Notes under the pieces: generated by a model
Database searches by the model: none
The model's input: the letters and a program-made list of their open reading frames with translations, nothing else
Told to the model about the DNA's origin: nothing
IMG/VR virus record: IMGVR_UViG_3300026549_000060
Span: 1-64,000 of that record
DNA length: 64,000 nucleotides
Reading direction: 5' to 3' (one strand)
DNA from: a virus
Taxonomy: Duplodnaviria; Heunggongvirae; Uroviricota; Caudoviricetes
Translations under genes and position numbers: made by a program
In this document: one piece after another, positions 30,299 through 40,054 of the stretch
Layout of the letters: every line of letters starts with the position of its first letter
Numbering within the stretch: position 1 is the first letter of the stretch

Positions 30299-31408
30299 TC
30301 AAGAGGCTTTATTAAAAACCTTATATCCATTACGAGCTGTCTTATCTTCACATAAGATAATAAATTTAGGATAGCTATTACTATTAAAATAAGTTGCTCT
30401 CTTACAGTGCTTACACGATAAGCACTGAATCATCACTGGTGCCTTTTTCCTTATATGGTAGTCCTGAAATTGTGGGCAAAAATTAACGTTTGATGTAACA
30501 ATCGACCTTGGAAATTCGTTTCTAAAAAATGTCCACTGTCTTGTTAGATCTAATCCATTAAAATTTTTATTTTCTAATATATTCTTAAACTTCTTTTGTT
30601 CCATATATTCTATAATGTCAGTCTCTTTTAAAGCATCTAATCCCTCATCAGTTAGATTGTCATAAAACCTATCTACATACCATTTAACTCCGTTTGTAAC
30701 TCGAAAAGCGTATTCATAAGATCTATCACAAACTAGGTCGCTCTCACCACTTCTATGAATCCAATTGCATGGAATACTGCCGCTTAAGTATGCCTGTTTT
30801 AATTCGTCATATGTAGATTCTCTATTTACTTTAGATAAGTCATACTCTACAACATAAAAATTATTAGTATCTATAGATTTAATTAAATCTAGTTTTACAT
30901 CATCTACTCCATGGGTTACTGTTACTTCAAGATACACGCTACATGGAGAGCTATTAAATCCAAACATTTCCTCATAACTAACATCATAGCATGTCAAATC
31001 GGGTCTAATATATTTCCCATTAGCACAATTTAAATTTTTTTCAAGATAACCCTTATTAAATTTATAAAAATTTGATTCTTTAATCCTAATATATGATGTG
31101 CCCATACTAAGCGTATTAGGATTTATAATATTACCATTCCAATCAATATCTAATTCAGGCATCCTACATAGGCCTGTTTCCATAATAATCTTTTTCATGC
31201 CTAAATGTAAATTAGTCTCTCCATGAACATAAACTGAAGCTGGACATTTACTATTCGGTAAATGTGAAAAATGATGACCAACAATATTACCTTTTTTAGC
31301 TACTAAAGGCTCCCCGCATATAGGGCAGATATAATTATGCAACCCAGACACTACTTCAGAAATATTCTTAATGCTACCGTCTATCAAACAATATTCTAAC
31401 TGAGCCAC
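30299..31408 (-). CDS. CoiA-like protein (competence-protein-CoiA family; nuclease-related)
   Basis: N-terminal YICPICGEPLVAKKGNIVGHHFSH matches the CoiA CPxCx..GxxxxxHFAH motif. Confidence 0.45.
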   Translation of the reverse strand: MAQLEYCLIDGSIKNISEVVSGLHNYICPICGEPLVAKKGNIVGHHFSHLPNSKCPASVYVHGETNLHLGMKKIIMETGLCRMPELDIDWNGNIINPNTLSMGTSYIRIKESNFYKFNKGYLEKNLNCANGKYIRPDLTCYDVSYEEMFGFNSSPCSVYLEVTVTHGVDDVKLDLIKSIDTNNFYVVEYDLSKVNRESTYDELKQAYLSGSIPCNWIHRSGESDLVCDRSYEYAFRVTNGVKWYVDRFYDNLTDEGLDALKETDIIEYMEQKKFKNILENKNFNGLDLTRQWTFFRNEFPRSIVTSNVNFCPQFQDYHIRKKAPVMIQCLSCKHCKRATYFNSNSYPKFIILCEDKTARNGYKVFNKAS

Positions 31409-31460
31409 AGCATATACCCTCTTTTCATTTATAAACTCTAGTTTATAATATATCTAATTA

Positions 31461-32171
31461 TTAAATTTTCTCCTTAGGGCAATCCTTAGTCCTATGCTTT
31501 TCAGTGCATTTTCCAAACCAGCACTTAGGACCACAACCAATAATCAACAAAGGAAACTGATTCTGGAAGATAATATAGATCCTATCAGCCAATTCTCTAA
31601 TACCACTTTGAGCTCTCATACACATTCGCAATTCCATAAAGTGCCTAAGCTCTCTTAGATTCATAGTCATAACCAAAGAAGTCTGAGTAGCATTAGGAAG
31701 AATCTCTCTAGCATCTTCTTTAGGAATTCCATCTTCAATATATGCATTATACAAATCAAATGTATCCTTAAGATGCTGTTCAAACAAAGCCTGTGCATGA
31801 GGATTATTTTTAATTGATTCTGGGATAGTAAACTCTTCAGGTCGCATCGTAGTATATCTTTGACTTCTCTGAGAATAAGAAGCAATCCTATGACGAACAA
31901 GCTGATGGCTAACACTTCTACTAATACCTTCAATAAAAAAGGTAAAATTAGCATGTTCAAGTGGAGATTCATGACCATTTTCCAGAAGCATTTTTACCAT
32001 CTTGTCTTGATACTCTTTATTTAAACACTTCTCTTTCAATTTGTCAAGAGTCAAATCTGAATAACATGTGGCAGCAGCTAAAGTAATTACAAATTCAGGA
32101 TCCTCAGTATTACTAATCAAAGTTACATTCATAATCGTCATCATCCCTTCTGATATCATATTTAAAGTCAT
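31461..32171 (-). CDS. thyX: flavin-dependent thymidylate synthase ThyX
   Basis: ThyX signature RHRIASYSQRS (RHR-X7-S) together with the overall ThyX-like sequence. Confidence 0.8.
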   Translation of the reverse strand: MTLNMISEGMMTIMNVTLISNTEDPEFVITLAAATCYSDLTLDKLKEKCLNKEYQDKMVKMLLENGHESPLEHANFTFFIEGISRSVSHQLVRHRIASYSQRSQRYTTMRPEEFTIPESIKNNPHAQALFEQHLKDTFDLYNAYIEDGIPKEDAREILPNATQTSLVMTMNLRELRHFMELRMCMRAQSGIRELADRIYIIFQNQFPLLIIGCGPKCWFGKCTEKHRTKDCPKEKI

Positions 32172-32544
32172 TACCTAGGTAATCACCATAACTATCATCA
32201 AATTCATCAGTTTCTAGCAAAAACTTATCTGATCTAAAATAAACTTCATCTTTAATGCGTTCTTGTTTATCTTCAATAAAAGAGCACAAATATGGGTCAT
32301 CATCATTAAAATGTCTTACAATTGATTCTAGGATATAATATTGTTTTCTTTGTGAATCATTCATACAATCAATACAAACATCTTCTTCAAAATCTTTTCC
32401 AATATCAGATTCATATAATTTAGTAGCCAGTTCAGCAATACTTTCTACAGTTTTCTTATTAAGATCTGTATGTTTTTGAAGTGCATTATCATCAAACTTA
32501 GCATATTCATTAAGAACATCTTTTTTAGAAATCATCATTATCAC
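32113..32544 (-). CDS. hypothetical acidic protein
   Basis: ORF. Confidence 0.4.
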   Translation of the reverse strand: MIMMISKKDVLNEYAKFDDNALQKHTDLNKKTVESIAELATKLYESDIGKDFEEDVCIDCMNDSQRKQYYILESIVRHFNDDDPYLCSFIEDKQERIKDEVYFRSDKFLLETDEFDDSYGDYLGNDFKYDIRRDDDDYECNFD

Positions 32545-33205
32545 CTCTGCTCATTTGTGAAAAAACATCAGCCATCCCATCATCATAATGACCTTCCAAA
32601 AGGTCAATAGCTCTATCAACAGCTTTTTGATCTTTAATATCTCTACTAACTTCAGTTAATACTGCACAAGCTTTTTGAATTATTTCATCATCATATTGAT
32701 GAGAAGTTATTTCGTGGAAATATTTATTTGATCTACTAACAAATTTAATCAGTGTATTCTCATTAAACTTTTTAGATTTAATTTTAGTAACTGGATCAAT
32801 AAGGCTTTTATAAACTTTAATAAAAAATTCTTTATCAATAGGGCCTTCTACAATAGGTTCTATAGGTTTATTAAAAGTACCATCTTTCTTTTTCTGCTCA
32901 ATAATCTGCTCTTCAGTATGATTCTCTAGAATATACTGAATTCTAGCTTCAAGTCTTTTTCTAAGAGTAGGATCTTTAGGAACATTTTCCTGAATAGCTC
33001 TAAGAATACAAATCTCTTTAATTTGCTTAGGTAAGTACTTTTTATCTTCAGGCATATTTGGAAGTGTTTCTGGATTCTGAAGATATTCATTTCCTTTAGC
33101 AGTCATAGCTCTAATAACTGGTCCTTGGAGTTTAGTAGAGGTTACCTGGGCAATCTGATTAAATTTTCTATAGTGTGACAATACATTACCTTGTGTTACT
33201 TGCAT
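32525..33205 (-). CDS. hypothetical protein
   Basis: ORF. Confidence 0.4.
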   Translation of the reverse strand: MQVTQGNVLSHYRKFNQIAQVTSTKLQGPVIRAMTAKGNEYLQNPETLPNMPEDKKYLPKQIKEICILRAIQENVPKDPTLRKRLEARIQYILENHTEEQIIEQKKKDGTFNKPIEPIVEGPIDKEFFIKVYKSLIDPVTKIKSKKFNENTLIKFVSRSNKYFHEITSHQYDDEIIQKACAVLTEVSRDIKDQKAVDRAIDLLEGHYDDGMADVFSQMSRGDNDDF

Positions 33206-33531
33206 TCACATTCCCTGCCTTTTAAAATGATAGACATATTGTCATAAGCAGAATCCAGAATTAATCCCAAATCATGTATATATGCAGCTATACATTCTTC
33301 AAAAGCTTTATAGATACTAACTTCTTTTTTACGTTGATCAGATAATTTAAAAAAATTATCCAGTTCAGTTTGATCAAGATTTTTAGGATTCTCAAGAAAT
33401 CTATTAGCATAATCCACAATATCTTGTATCAATTCTTTTGGGAGATGATCTCTAGTAGTTATAGAAGATTCATTATCTGAATCATAATTACAATATACCC
33501 ATTCATCAATAACGTCATCTCTGGTTATCAA
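33196..33531 (-). CDS. hypothetical protein
   Basis: ORF. Confidence 0.4.
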   Translation of the reverse strand: MITRDDVIDEWVYCNYDSDNESSITTRDHLPKELIQDIVDYANRFLENPKNLDQTELDNFFKLSDQRKKEVSIYKAFEECIAAYIHDLGLILDSAYDNMSIILKGRECECK

Positions 33532-33694
33532 TATAAGTATCTCCTTCTAATATCCTCATTTACCCAATTCTTTCTAAACCAAGTATCATCATCTAAATGA
33601 ACCTTATCATATTCACACAGCTTATTCCAAATAGATTGGATAATCAACAGCTCTTTCTCAGTCTTACATGGCATAAAATCAAATAGTAATTGTG

Positions 33695-34075
33695 TCATCG
33701 TTCTGTAAGGGGTCGTTCTGTATAAAAGTTAGAAGTATTTTCTGATTTAATAACTCTAACTGCATCATCATAAGTTTTATCTTTAAAGTATTTCTTATAT
33801 TTTTCCATTTTCTGTTCAAGTTCACCAGGTCTAAGTCTAACTTCTTTTTGATTAACAAATACCTTAGGCTTAAGAGTAGCTCTATCAACTACAATAATAT
33901 ATGATGGAATTTTATCGCTAGGAAGTTTCTGAATAGCTTCTTTCAAAGCTTCATAATGTGCTTTTACTCCAAATTCAGAATATGGTTTATAGATATCCTC
34001 AGCAATTCTGCTGTCCATTCCAAAATACATAACATCAAAATGACCTGCACCAGTAACTACTTTTGTTTCAGACAT
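33695..34075 (-). CDS. hypothetical protein
   Basis: ORF. Confidence 0.4.
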   Translation of the reverse strand: MSETKVVTGAGHFDVMYFGMDSRIAEDIYKPYSEFGVKAHYEALKEAIQKLPSDKIPSYIIVVDRATLKPKVFVNQKEVRLRPGELEQKMEKYKKYFKDKTYDDAVRVIKSENTSNFYTERPLTER

Positions 34076-34154
34076 TTAATCATTGCTCCTTTCAATTTTA
34101 TATAAGGAGTATATCAGAAAATCAAAGCCATGTCAATATAAAAAATCTCTGAGA

Positions 34155-34781
34155 TCAAGAGACCTCAGAGATTTGTTTATTTTCATTAGCATCTTCTTTT
34201 TTAGTGGTTGCTTTTTTTCTTTTAGCCTTTGTTACAGGAGCTGCTAATGGTTCTGGTGCTGATTTCATTTTCATTGCTAATTCTTCCATAGTAGGTAATG
34301 GCTTTTTAGGCATCTTAGGCTTCTTAGGAGCTTGTCTATCTAAGGCAGCCATTTCAGCTTCCAATTGTTTAACTTGTTCGTCAATACCTACTACCTCAGG
34401 AAACATTTCTTCACTAGATTTAGTTCTAGAGATTCCCTTTGGAAGTTTTTCTTCTTCTTTTTTAATAGCATCTTTTTGAGATGTCCAGGTAGGATCGAAA
34501 GGATTACTATTCTTAGAAGTAATAGCTCTGACACCAGAAGTAAGTTTTTCTACTGGCTTAGGTGACTCCTCCTCAATACTAAATGATGAGAAATCTTCTA
34601 CTGGTTCATCCTTAACACTAAGTGTATTAAAATCTAATGGAGATGTAGTAGTAGCTTCAGCTAAAAACTGTTTAAACCTTTTATTCATCAGATCAACTTT
34701 TTTAGCCAATTTCATCTGATTAGTAGCTATTACTTTCATAAGCTCCATTATATTTTTTGACACTGAGTTCATCAAAATCAC
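34155..34781 (-). CDS. hypothetical Lys-rich protein
   Basis: ORF. Confidence 0.4.
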   Translation of the reverse strand: MILMNSVSKNIMELMKVIATNQMKLAKKVDLMNKRFKQFLAEATTTSPLDFNTLSVKDEPVEDFSSFSIEEESPKPVEKLTSGVRAITSKNSNPFDPTWTSQKDAIKKEEEKLPKGISRTKSSEEMFPEVVGIDEQVKQLEAEMAALDRQAPKKPKMPKKPLPTMEELAMKMKSAPEPLAAPVTKAKRKKATTKKEDANENKQISEVS

Positions 34782-35113
34782 TCAGCTTTCTTTTTCTTAG
34801 GAGGTCTACCTCTTTTTCTCTTAACTGGAGCAGGAGGAGTAACCTCTTCCTTAACTTCTTCAACAACAGGTTTTTCAACAGGTTTTTCAACAGGCTTTTC
34901 AGCAGGTTGTTCTTTGACCTCTTCAGTCTTAGTCTGCTTACTAGCAGCCTCTGCTTCAAAATCCTCTTTTGTTTTAATTGGAAACTTGTAAATATGTCCT
35001 TTATCATTAGTTCCAATCAAAACACTATCATTACTAAGCGGAGCTTCAGCCAAACCCATTCTTCTGCAAATTTCCAAAGCTTCAGCTCTGGTATATTTTT
35101 TCAAATTAGCCAA
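34778..35113 (-). CDS. AT-hook DNA-binding protein with PVEK tandem repeats
   Basis: C-terminal KRKRGRPPKKKK (GRP AT-hook core). PVEKPVEKPVEKP is encoded by a 15-bp triple repeat at about 34864-34905. Confidence 0.45.
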   Translation of the reverse strand: MANLKKYTRAEALEICRRMGLAEAPLSNDSVLIGTNDKGHIYKFPIKTKEDFEAEAASKQTKTEEVKEQPAEKPVEKPVEKPVVEEVKEEVTPPAPVKRKRGRPPKKKKAE

Positions 35114-35143
35114 TTAGATCTTCCTTTCTATTATAGTTTATTT

Positions 35144-35683
35144 TTATAAAGTCCAACTCTTTAAAGTATTGGCAAACCAAACTTCACCATTTGGAGTAAA
35201 CATGTCCACGATATCAACACTATTATTACCAGAAGTACCTGGCTCAATACCATTCATCCAAACAACTGAATCAGGCCAAGTAATCCCTTTAGAAGGATTC
35301 TTAATAATCACTTTGATATGCCTTGCTAAAGTACTTCTGTTATTAGTAATTGATGCATCTGTAGGCACATCCAAAATAGATATTGTAACCGAACCAGCTA
35401 ATACTAAATAAAACATATCATAATTGTTAGTATTCAACTGGATAGAACCCATAGCGTTCTCATCTATAGAACACATTCTAAAGCCAGCAAGTCTATTAAT
35501 ATCTGCTAAGGTAGTAGGTCTGGCATCATTACTAACAGTTAAATTAGCCAATTCATGTGTATGATTTCTAAACTGACTAGCAGACACTTTCTCATTAAGT
35601 TCCTGAGTAATCTTTGTCTCCAATTGATTATGGTATCTCTGTAGGTTTTCAAAAGTTACTAAATTATCACTCATAATAATCAT
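35144..35683 (-). CDS. hypothetical protein
   Basis: ORF. Confidence 0.4.
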   Translation of the reverse strand: MIIMSDNLVTFENLQRYHNQLETKITQELNEKVSASQFRNHTHELANLTVSNDARPTTLADINRLAGFRMCSIDENAMGSIQLNTNNYDMFYLVLAGSVTISILDVPTDASITNNRSTLARHIKVIIKNPSKGITWPDSVVWMNGIEPGTSGNNSVDIVDMFTPNGEVWFANTLKSWTL

Positions 35684-35693
35684 TCTCCTTTCC

Positions 35694-38273
35694 TTATAAG
35701 GTGATTAGTTGGTCTGTTACAACTAATTCTGTTGGTTTAATTATAGTTTTAACATTATTTCTCATTACTACCAAACTATGATCTTCAGTTACAGTGACTG
35801 TTTTTCCAGATTCAGTAGTAATCTTATACAGTTTCTTATTAGTTTTATGCTTCATCAGATACCTTGGGAAATAAAGTCTGTCATCATATCCAAGTACGCA
35901 TTTATTAGGATTCTGAATATAATTTTTTCCGAGATAATGCCACACTTTATTATCCGAAGCACACATATCCCAAAGTTCTTTAATAGTTATATTACCTTTA
36001 CCAGTTCTGATTAAAGAATCTCCAGTAACTGAATCTCCATAAATTACATTTGGTAGAGCTTGTTCTGATTGGTAATCCCAATCAAAAGGAATATCTACAT
36101 GGTCAAATTTATTAGATTTATTTTGAATCATTTGATTAATGCAATTATTAGCAACTACTGCGGCGATTTTAGCAATTTCTCTACCAGTAGAAGTAATACT
36201 TCTGGCAACCTCATAATCATACAATCTGAATCTAATATTGGACTGACCACCATAAAGAGAATTAGTAATGATCTTAACTGTTTTCTGCATAGTATCATAT
36301 CTGTCAACTAGCATTTGGTCTTTACCAATATTATCCTTCATAAGATCTTTATACTCTTTTCTCTTTTTAATGAGCATATCTACAATATCATAAAGAACTG
36401 ACTGCTTATCTTCATGCTTCTTAAAGATAGTGCCAATCTGGGTAATAATATACCCATTCTTAAGCATTCTTTCATGAAAACTTTTAGCAGACAATTTATA
36501 CAATCTCTCAATACCTTGAACTTTCAAATACAAACTTACATCTGTATTGGAATTAACAAATTCTTCTTTATTAAAGATATATTGTCTAGCAGTATCTGTA
36601 TCAACTTTTCCTACATAGGTATCTGCACTAATGTTATATCTTGCCATAATGTATGGATAAAGAGAAGTAAGATCCAAATCACCCAACCAATCATGTACAC
36701 CGCTAATTGGTTCTCTAACATAAGCACCCGCAAACTTTTTCTTCTCAATTCCAGCTTTAACAATTTTGGCTACTTTATCTCTATCCATAAGATACTCATA
36801 AAGAATCCCATCACAAATATGTAGAGTAGTATAAATACTATCCCATGAGATATTAGCCAACTGGACTATACTAAAATTAAGGTCAATATACTTCAACTTT
36901 TCATCCAATTTTCTTACAAGATGAACGTCGTTAATATTGTATGCAATAAACCTTTCAGGTTCTTCCCTAAAGATTTTATCCATGCCATCTTCAGTATCAA
37001 GTTTAGTAATACCCAACTCAATTTTAGAAATAGTTCCAAGCTTATAATTCTCTTTTTTACCAAGAGTTCTTTCCTTATAGCATCTTTGATAATCAAGTGC
37101 TACAGAATAACCAATATGAGGAATACAATAAGTAACTTCCTCTTCATGTTTATTCATAACTGTTTTATATTCAATTTCAAAAGTTTTATTATGAGCCAGT
37201 TTAGGATGTTCAATTCCTAAAAATTCTGCTCTATACTTAATATAAGGTAAATCAAATTCATCACTATTCCACCCAGATACTAGATCTGGATCAAATTCTT
37301 TCAATAAACTGAAGAACTTAAGGAACATATCACTTTCTTTATCAAAGATTTCTACATTGAAAATACACTCATCTTTGTAATCAAGATATTCCTTAATTTG
37401 TTCAGTATTAATTTTAGCTTTGTTTAAATTATAGACCAAAGTATAATATTTGTCAGTATAATTATCATACAAAGTAATCAAGTTAACGGGAATAACTCTA
37501 GCTGACTTCTTAATATCAGCAAAGTCAATAATACCATATCCTTCTTGATACAACTCAATATCAACATAATTTACTCTAAGTTTATAATGACCAAGATTAT
37601 CTTTGTTTTCTTTTTTCCAAAGATAATTCTTATGAATAGCCAAATTAAAATCTACATTATAAATAGCTTTATAAGAAGATTCTGACTGAATTTGTTCAAT
37701 AATGTATTTTCTTTTACCATAATGTACCAGTTCACCTTTTAATCCTGCAATATCATGAACATCTAAATAATCATCTTTACCGGTATACATCATAACCATA
37801 TCATCAGTCTGAGTAATATATCTTTTATCACCAACTCTAATAACATATGCAAATTCCTTATTCACATAGTCTGAATAGAAGTTAAACAGCATAGGCTTAG
37901 AATACCCATCAGTTGGCTTAGAATCTTCTTTCTCTTTAGAGCTATACAATTTATATTTACTCTTTTTATTAATAACTACATCAGTTTCTTTCTTTTTAGG
38001 TTTTTCTTCAATTTTGGGAAACACGGGTTTAACAGGAATATAATTAAACTTATAAATAGTGTTATACTTCTTATGTACTTTAGCAATATCTTCAATAGAA
38101 TACTTATACGCATAAGGATTATTGAAAAGCTGATTCAATACAATAGATGTTTCAAAATCTTCTTCAGCTAAACTTAAAATAGAGGAAATCTTAAGAGACT
38201 TACATTCCTCTGGAAATGGCACATTTCCTTCAGTAGCTAACCATCTTATATATGTAGTTAGTGGTGAAGCCAT
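35694..38273 (-). CDS. Family-B DNA polymerase N-terminal fragment (3'-5' exonuclease and polymerase motifs A, B and the YGD of C), ending in an N-terminal split-intein half (IntN about 112 aa; 35697..36032)
   Basis: Motifs YVDIE, YNINDVHL, GAYVREP, DLTSLYPY (motif A) and KIITNSLYG (motif B), then ...NVIYGD|SVTGDSLIRTGKG (intein block A) ... TVTEDHSLVV (block B TxxH) and a stop. Confidence 0.85.
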   Translation of the reverse strand: MASPLTTYIRWLATEGNVPFPEECKSLKISSILSLAEEDFETSIVLNQLFNNPYAYKYSIEDIAKVHKKYNTIYKFNYIPVKPVFPKIEEKPKKKETDVVINKKSKYKLYSSKEKEDSKPTDGYSKPMLFNFYSDYVNKEFAYVIRVGDKRYITQTDDMVMMYTGKDDYLDVHDIAGLKGELVHYGKRKYIIEQIQSESSYKAIYNVDFNLAIHKNYLWKKENKDNLGHYKLRVNYVDIELYQEGYGIIDFADIKKSARVIPVNLITLYDNYTDKYYTLVYNLNKAKINTEQIKEYLDYKDECIFNVEIFDKESDMFLKFFSLLKEFDPDLVSGWNSDEFDLPYIKYRAEFLGIEHPKLAHNKTFEIEYKTVMNKHEEEVTYCIPHIGYSVALDYQRCYKERTLGKKENYKLGTISKIELGITKLDTEDGMDKIFREEPERFIAYNINDVHLVRKLDEKLKYIDLNFSIVQLANISWDSIYTTLHICDGILYEYLMDRDKVAKIVKAGIEKKKFAGAYVREPISGVHDWLGDLDLTSLYPYIMARYNISADTYVGKVDTDTARQYIFNKEEFVNSNTDVSLYLKVQGIERLYKLSAKSFHERMLKNGYIITQIGTIFKKHEDKQSVLYDIVDMLIKKRKEYKDLMKDNIGKDQMLVDRYDTMQKTVKIITNSLYGGQSNIRFRLYDYEVARSITSTGREIAKIAAVVANNCINQMIQNKSNKFDHVDIPFDWDYQSEQALPNVIYGDSVTGDSLIRTGKGNITIKELWDMCASDNKVWHYLGKNYIQNPNKCVLGYDDRLYFPRYLMKHKTNKKLYKITTESGKTVTVTEDHSLVVMRNNVKTIIKPTELVVTDQLITL

Positions 38274-38293
38274 CTTAGATTTCCTCCCTTGGA

Positions 38294-39676
38294 TTATTTA
38301 TTACAAAACTTAATCAATTTATCTACATCATCAATACAGTTCAATTGAACTTGCATACACCCATCAATACTATGGTCATTAATTTCACCATAATACTTTT
38401 GTCGTATCTTTCTCATATCAACTGTTTTTTGATAAGAAGAATTCACAATATCGATAAGCATAACTTTCTTATTAGGTTCTTTATTGTAAACTCTTGCAAC
38501 TCTGCCAATAGCCTGAATAAGACCATTCTTAGCAGTCAATGGAGTAGCAAAAATTAAAGTATTAAGTCTTGGAACATCCATACCTACTTTGAACATTCCT
38601 AAAGTAGCTAGGATACATCTTTTATCATAATCTTTATTTTTAACTGTACCATGGACTATGCTAATCTCTTCAGGATATTTGGAGAATTGTGCAATGCTAT
38701 ACAATATATTGATTTGGCTTGAAAGAACTAATGGTTCTCTTCCCTGCTCTAAGCATTTATCTACTATAACCGCAATAGACCGCAAGTACTCTTCTTTTTT
38801 AGATAGAAACTTAGCATATTTAGCACTCCAAGCGGAAGCACTACCATACTCTAAATATCTACCATATCCACCCATCTTAATTGGGATATCTAAAAGACCT
38901 GCATAAATTGGAAGTACAAACCATTGCCCATCATCATAAATAGTTTTGCCCATATTCCAAATAAGGATTGGCGCTAAGCTATCCCTTCTAATTAGTGTTG
39001 CACTCAGACCATACATTCTTTTACTGAATACTGTTTTAGTAGATTCACTAAATTCAGCAGAGGATGCAGTGATATGACATTCATCATAAAAGGTGACTCC
39101 AAAGTTTCCGTCATACATCATGTTGAAGAAGTCTTGGTCATCTCTTTTAACTCTAGACAATAATGTTTGAACTGTAGTAAGATAAATAGGTTTATCAATT
39201 ACTTTTGTCTTAGAATTGAGATACCCGATATCTTCTTCTTTAAGATCAGTGTATCTCAATATGGAGTTTTTCCACTGATCCATGAGGCCGTCTTCTGTAG
39301 ATACATGAACTACAATAAGAGTACGCTTCTTAATCTTAGTAATACTATTCACAGCCACATAAGTTTTTCCAAATCCGACTCTGGCAGAAACTAATCCATG
39401 AACATTTTCTACTATAGCATTAATCGCATTCTCTTGTTGCTCATTCAAAGGTTTAAACTCAGGCTTAAGATTAATTTCAATATCCTCACCATCAGTACTG
39501 AGGTCTTCAACATCTTTGACTTGCTTGAAGTAACGTGGAATCCGATAATATTTTTTACCGGATACTTCAATCTCATCAAAACACTTGATGTCTCCTTCAT
39601 CAGTAGCTATAGTGAGTGTATTTTTATCAAACTCAGTCAAGTCTTCTACATACATACGACCTTTAATAAATGCCAT
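38294..39676 (-). CDS. SF2 DEAD/DEAH-box-like helicase
   Basis: Walker A GFGKT, DExH (YDECH) and SAT-like LSAT. Confidence 0.65.
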   Translation of the reverse strand: MAFIKGRMYVEDLTEFDKNTLTIATDEGDIKCFDEIEVSGKKYYRIPRYFKQVKDVEDLSTDGEDIEINLKPEFKPLNEQQENAINAIVENVHGLVSARVGFGKTYVAVNSITKIKKRTLIVVHVSTEDGLMDQWKNSILRYTDLKEEDIGYLNSKTKVIDKPIYLTTVQTLLSRVKRDDQDFFNMMYDGNFGVTFYDECHITASSAEFSESTKTVFSKRMYGLSATLIRRDSLAPILIWNMGKTIYDDGQWFVLPIYAGLLDIPIKMGGYGRYLEYGSASAWSAKYAKFLSKKEEYLRSIAVIVDKCLEQGREPLVLSSQINILYSIAQFSKYPEEISIVHGTVKNKDYDKRCILATLGMFKVGMDVPRLNTLIFATPLTAKNGLIQAIGRVARVYNKEPNKKVMLIDIVNSSYQKTVDMRKIRQKYYGEINDHSIDGCMQVQLNCIDDVDKLIKFCNK

Positions 39677-39709
39677 ACCACTGCCCCTCCTATCAGATCT
39701 GATATAAAG

Positions 39710-39737
39710 AGTATAGCAGACTAAAAAGAATTTGTCA
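39710..39737 (-). promoter_or_regulatory. sigma70-type promoter (TTGACA-N16-TATACT) for the helicase/pol operon
   Basis: Minus strand: aTTGACAaattctttttagtctgcTATACT. Confidence 0.5.
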
Positions 39738-39745
39738 ATATATTC

Positions 39746-40054
39746 TCATAGAATATAATAATCGTCTTTTTGAATCTCTGGGACTGTTCCATACTTCTTT
39801 AAATAGAACTCATAGGTATCCTTAGACAACCTAGTCTCAAACCCATAGAATGTTGGGGTTCTAAAAAACTTTATTCCCTTTAAAGCAGTTGCACTATCTT
39901 CCAAATATTCAGTACCAAAGGCATCATATACTTTATTTTTACTTAAAGATAACTCTTCTACTCTTTGACCTAATTCATTTACATAATTTACTAATTCAGT
40001 TAAGTCTAATTCTTGTACTTCTTGAGTAGTATCATCCATAATAGCTAAAACCAA
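39746..40054 (-). CDS. hypothetical protein
   Basis: ORF. Confidence 0.4.
   Translation of the reverse strand: MVLAIMDDTTQEVQELDLTELVNYVNELGQRVEELSLSKNKVYDAFGTEYLEDSATALKGIKFFRTPTFYGFETRLSKDTYEFYLKKYGTVPEIQKDDYYIL

Noticed and set aside
26865-38273. A single polymerase gene with a conventional (cis) intein, or a sequencing frameshift
   Set aside because: The two halves are 7.8 kb apart with about a dozen intact intervening genes and many stops. Each half ends or begins precisely at intein block boundaries with its own stop and start codon.
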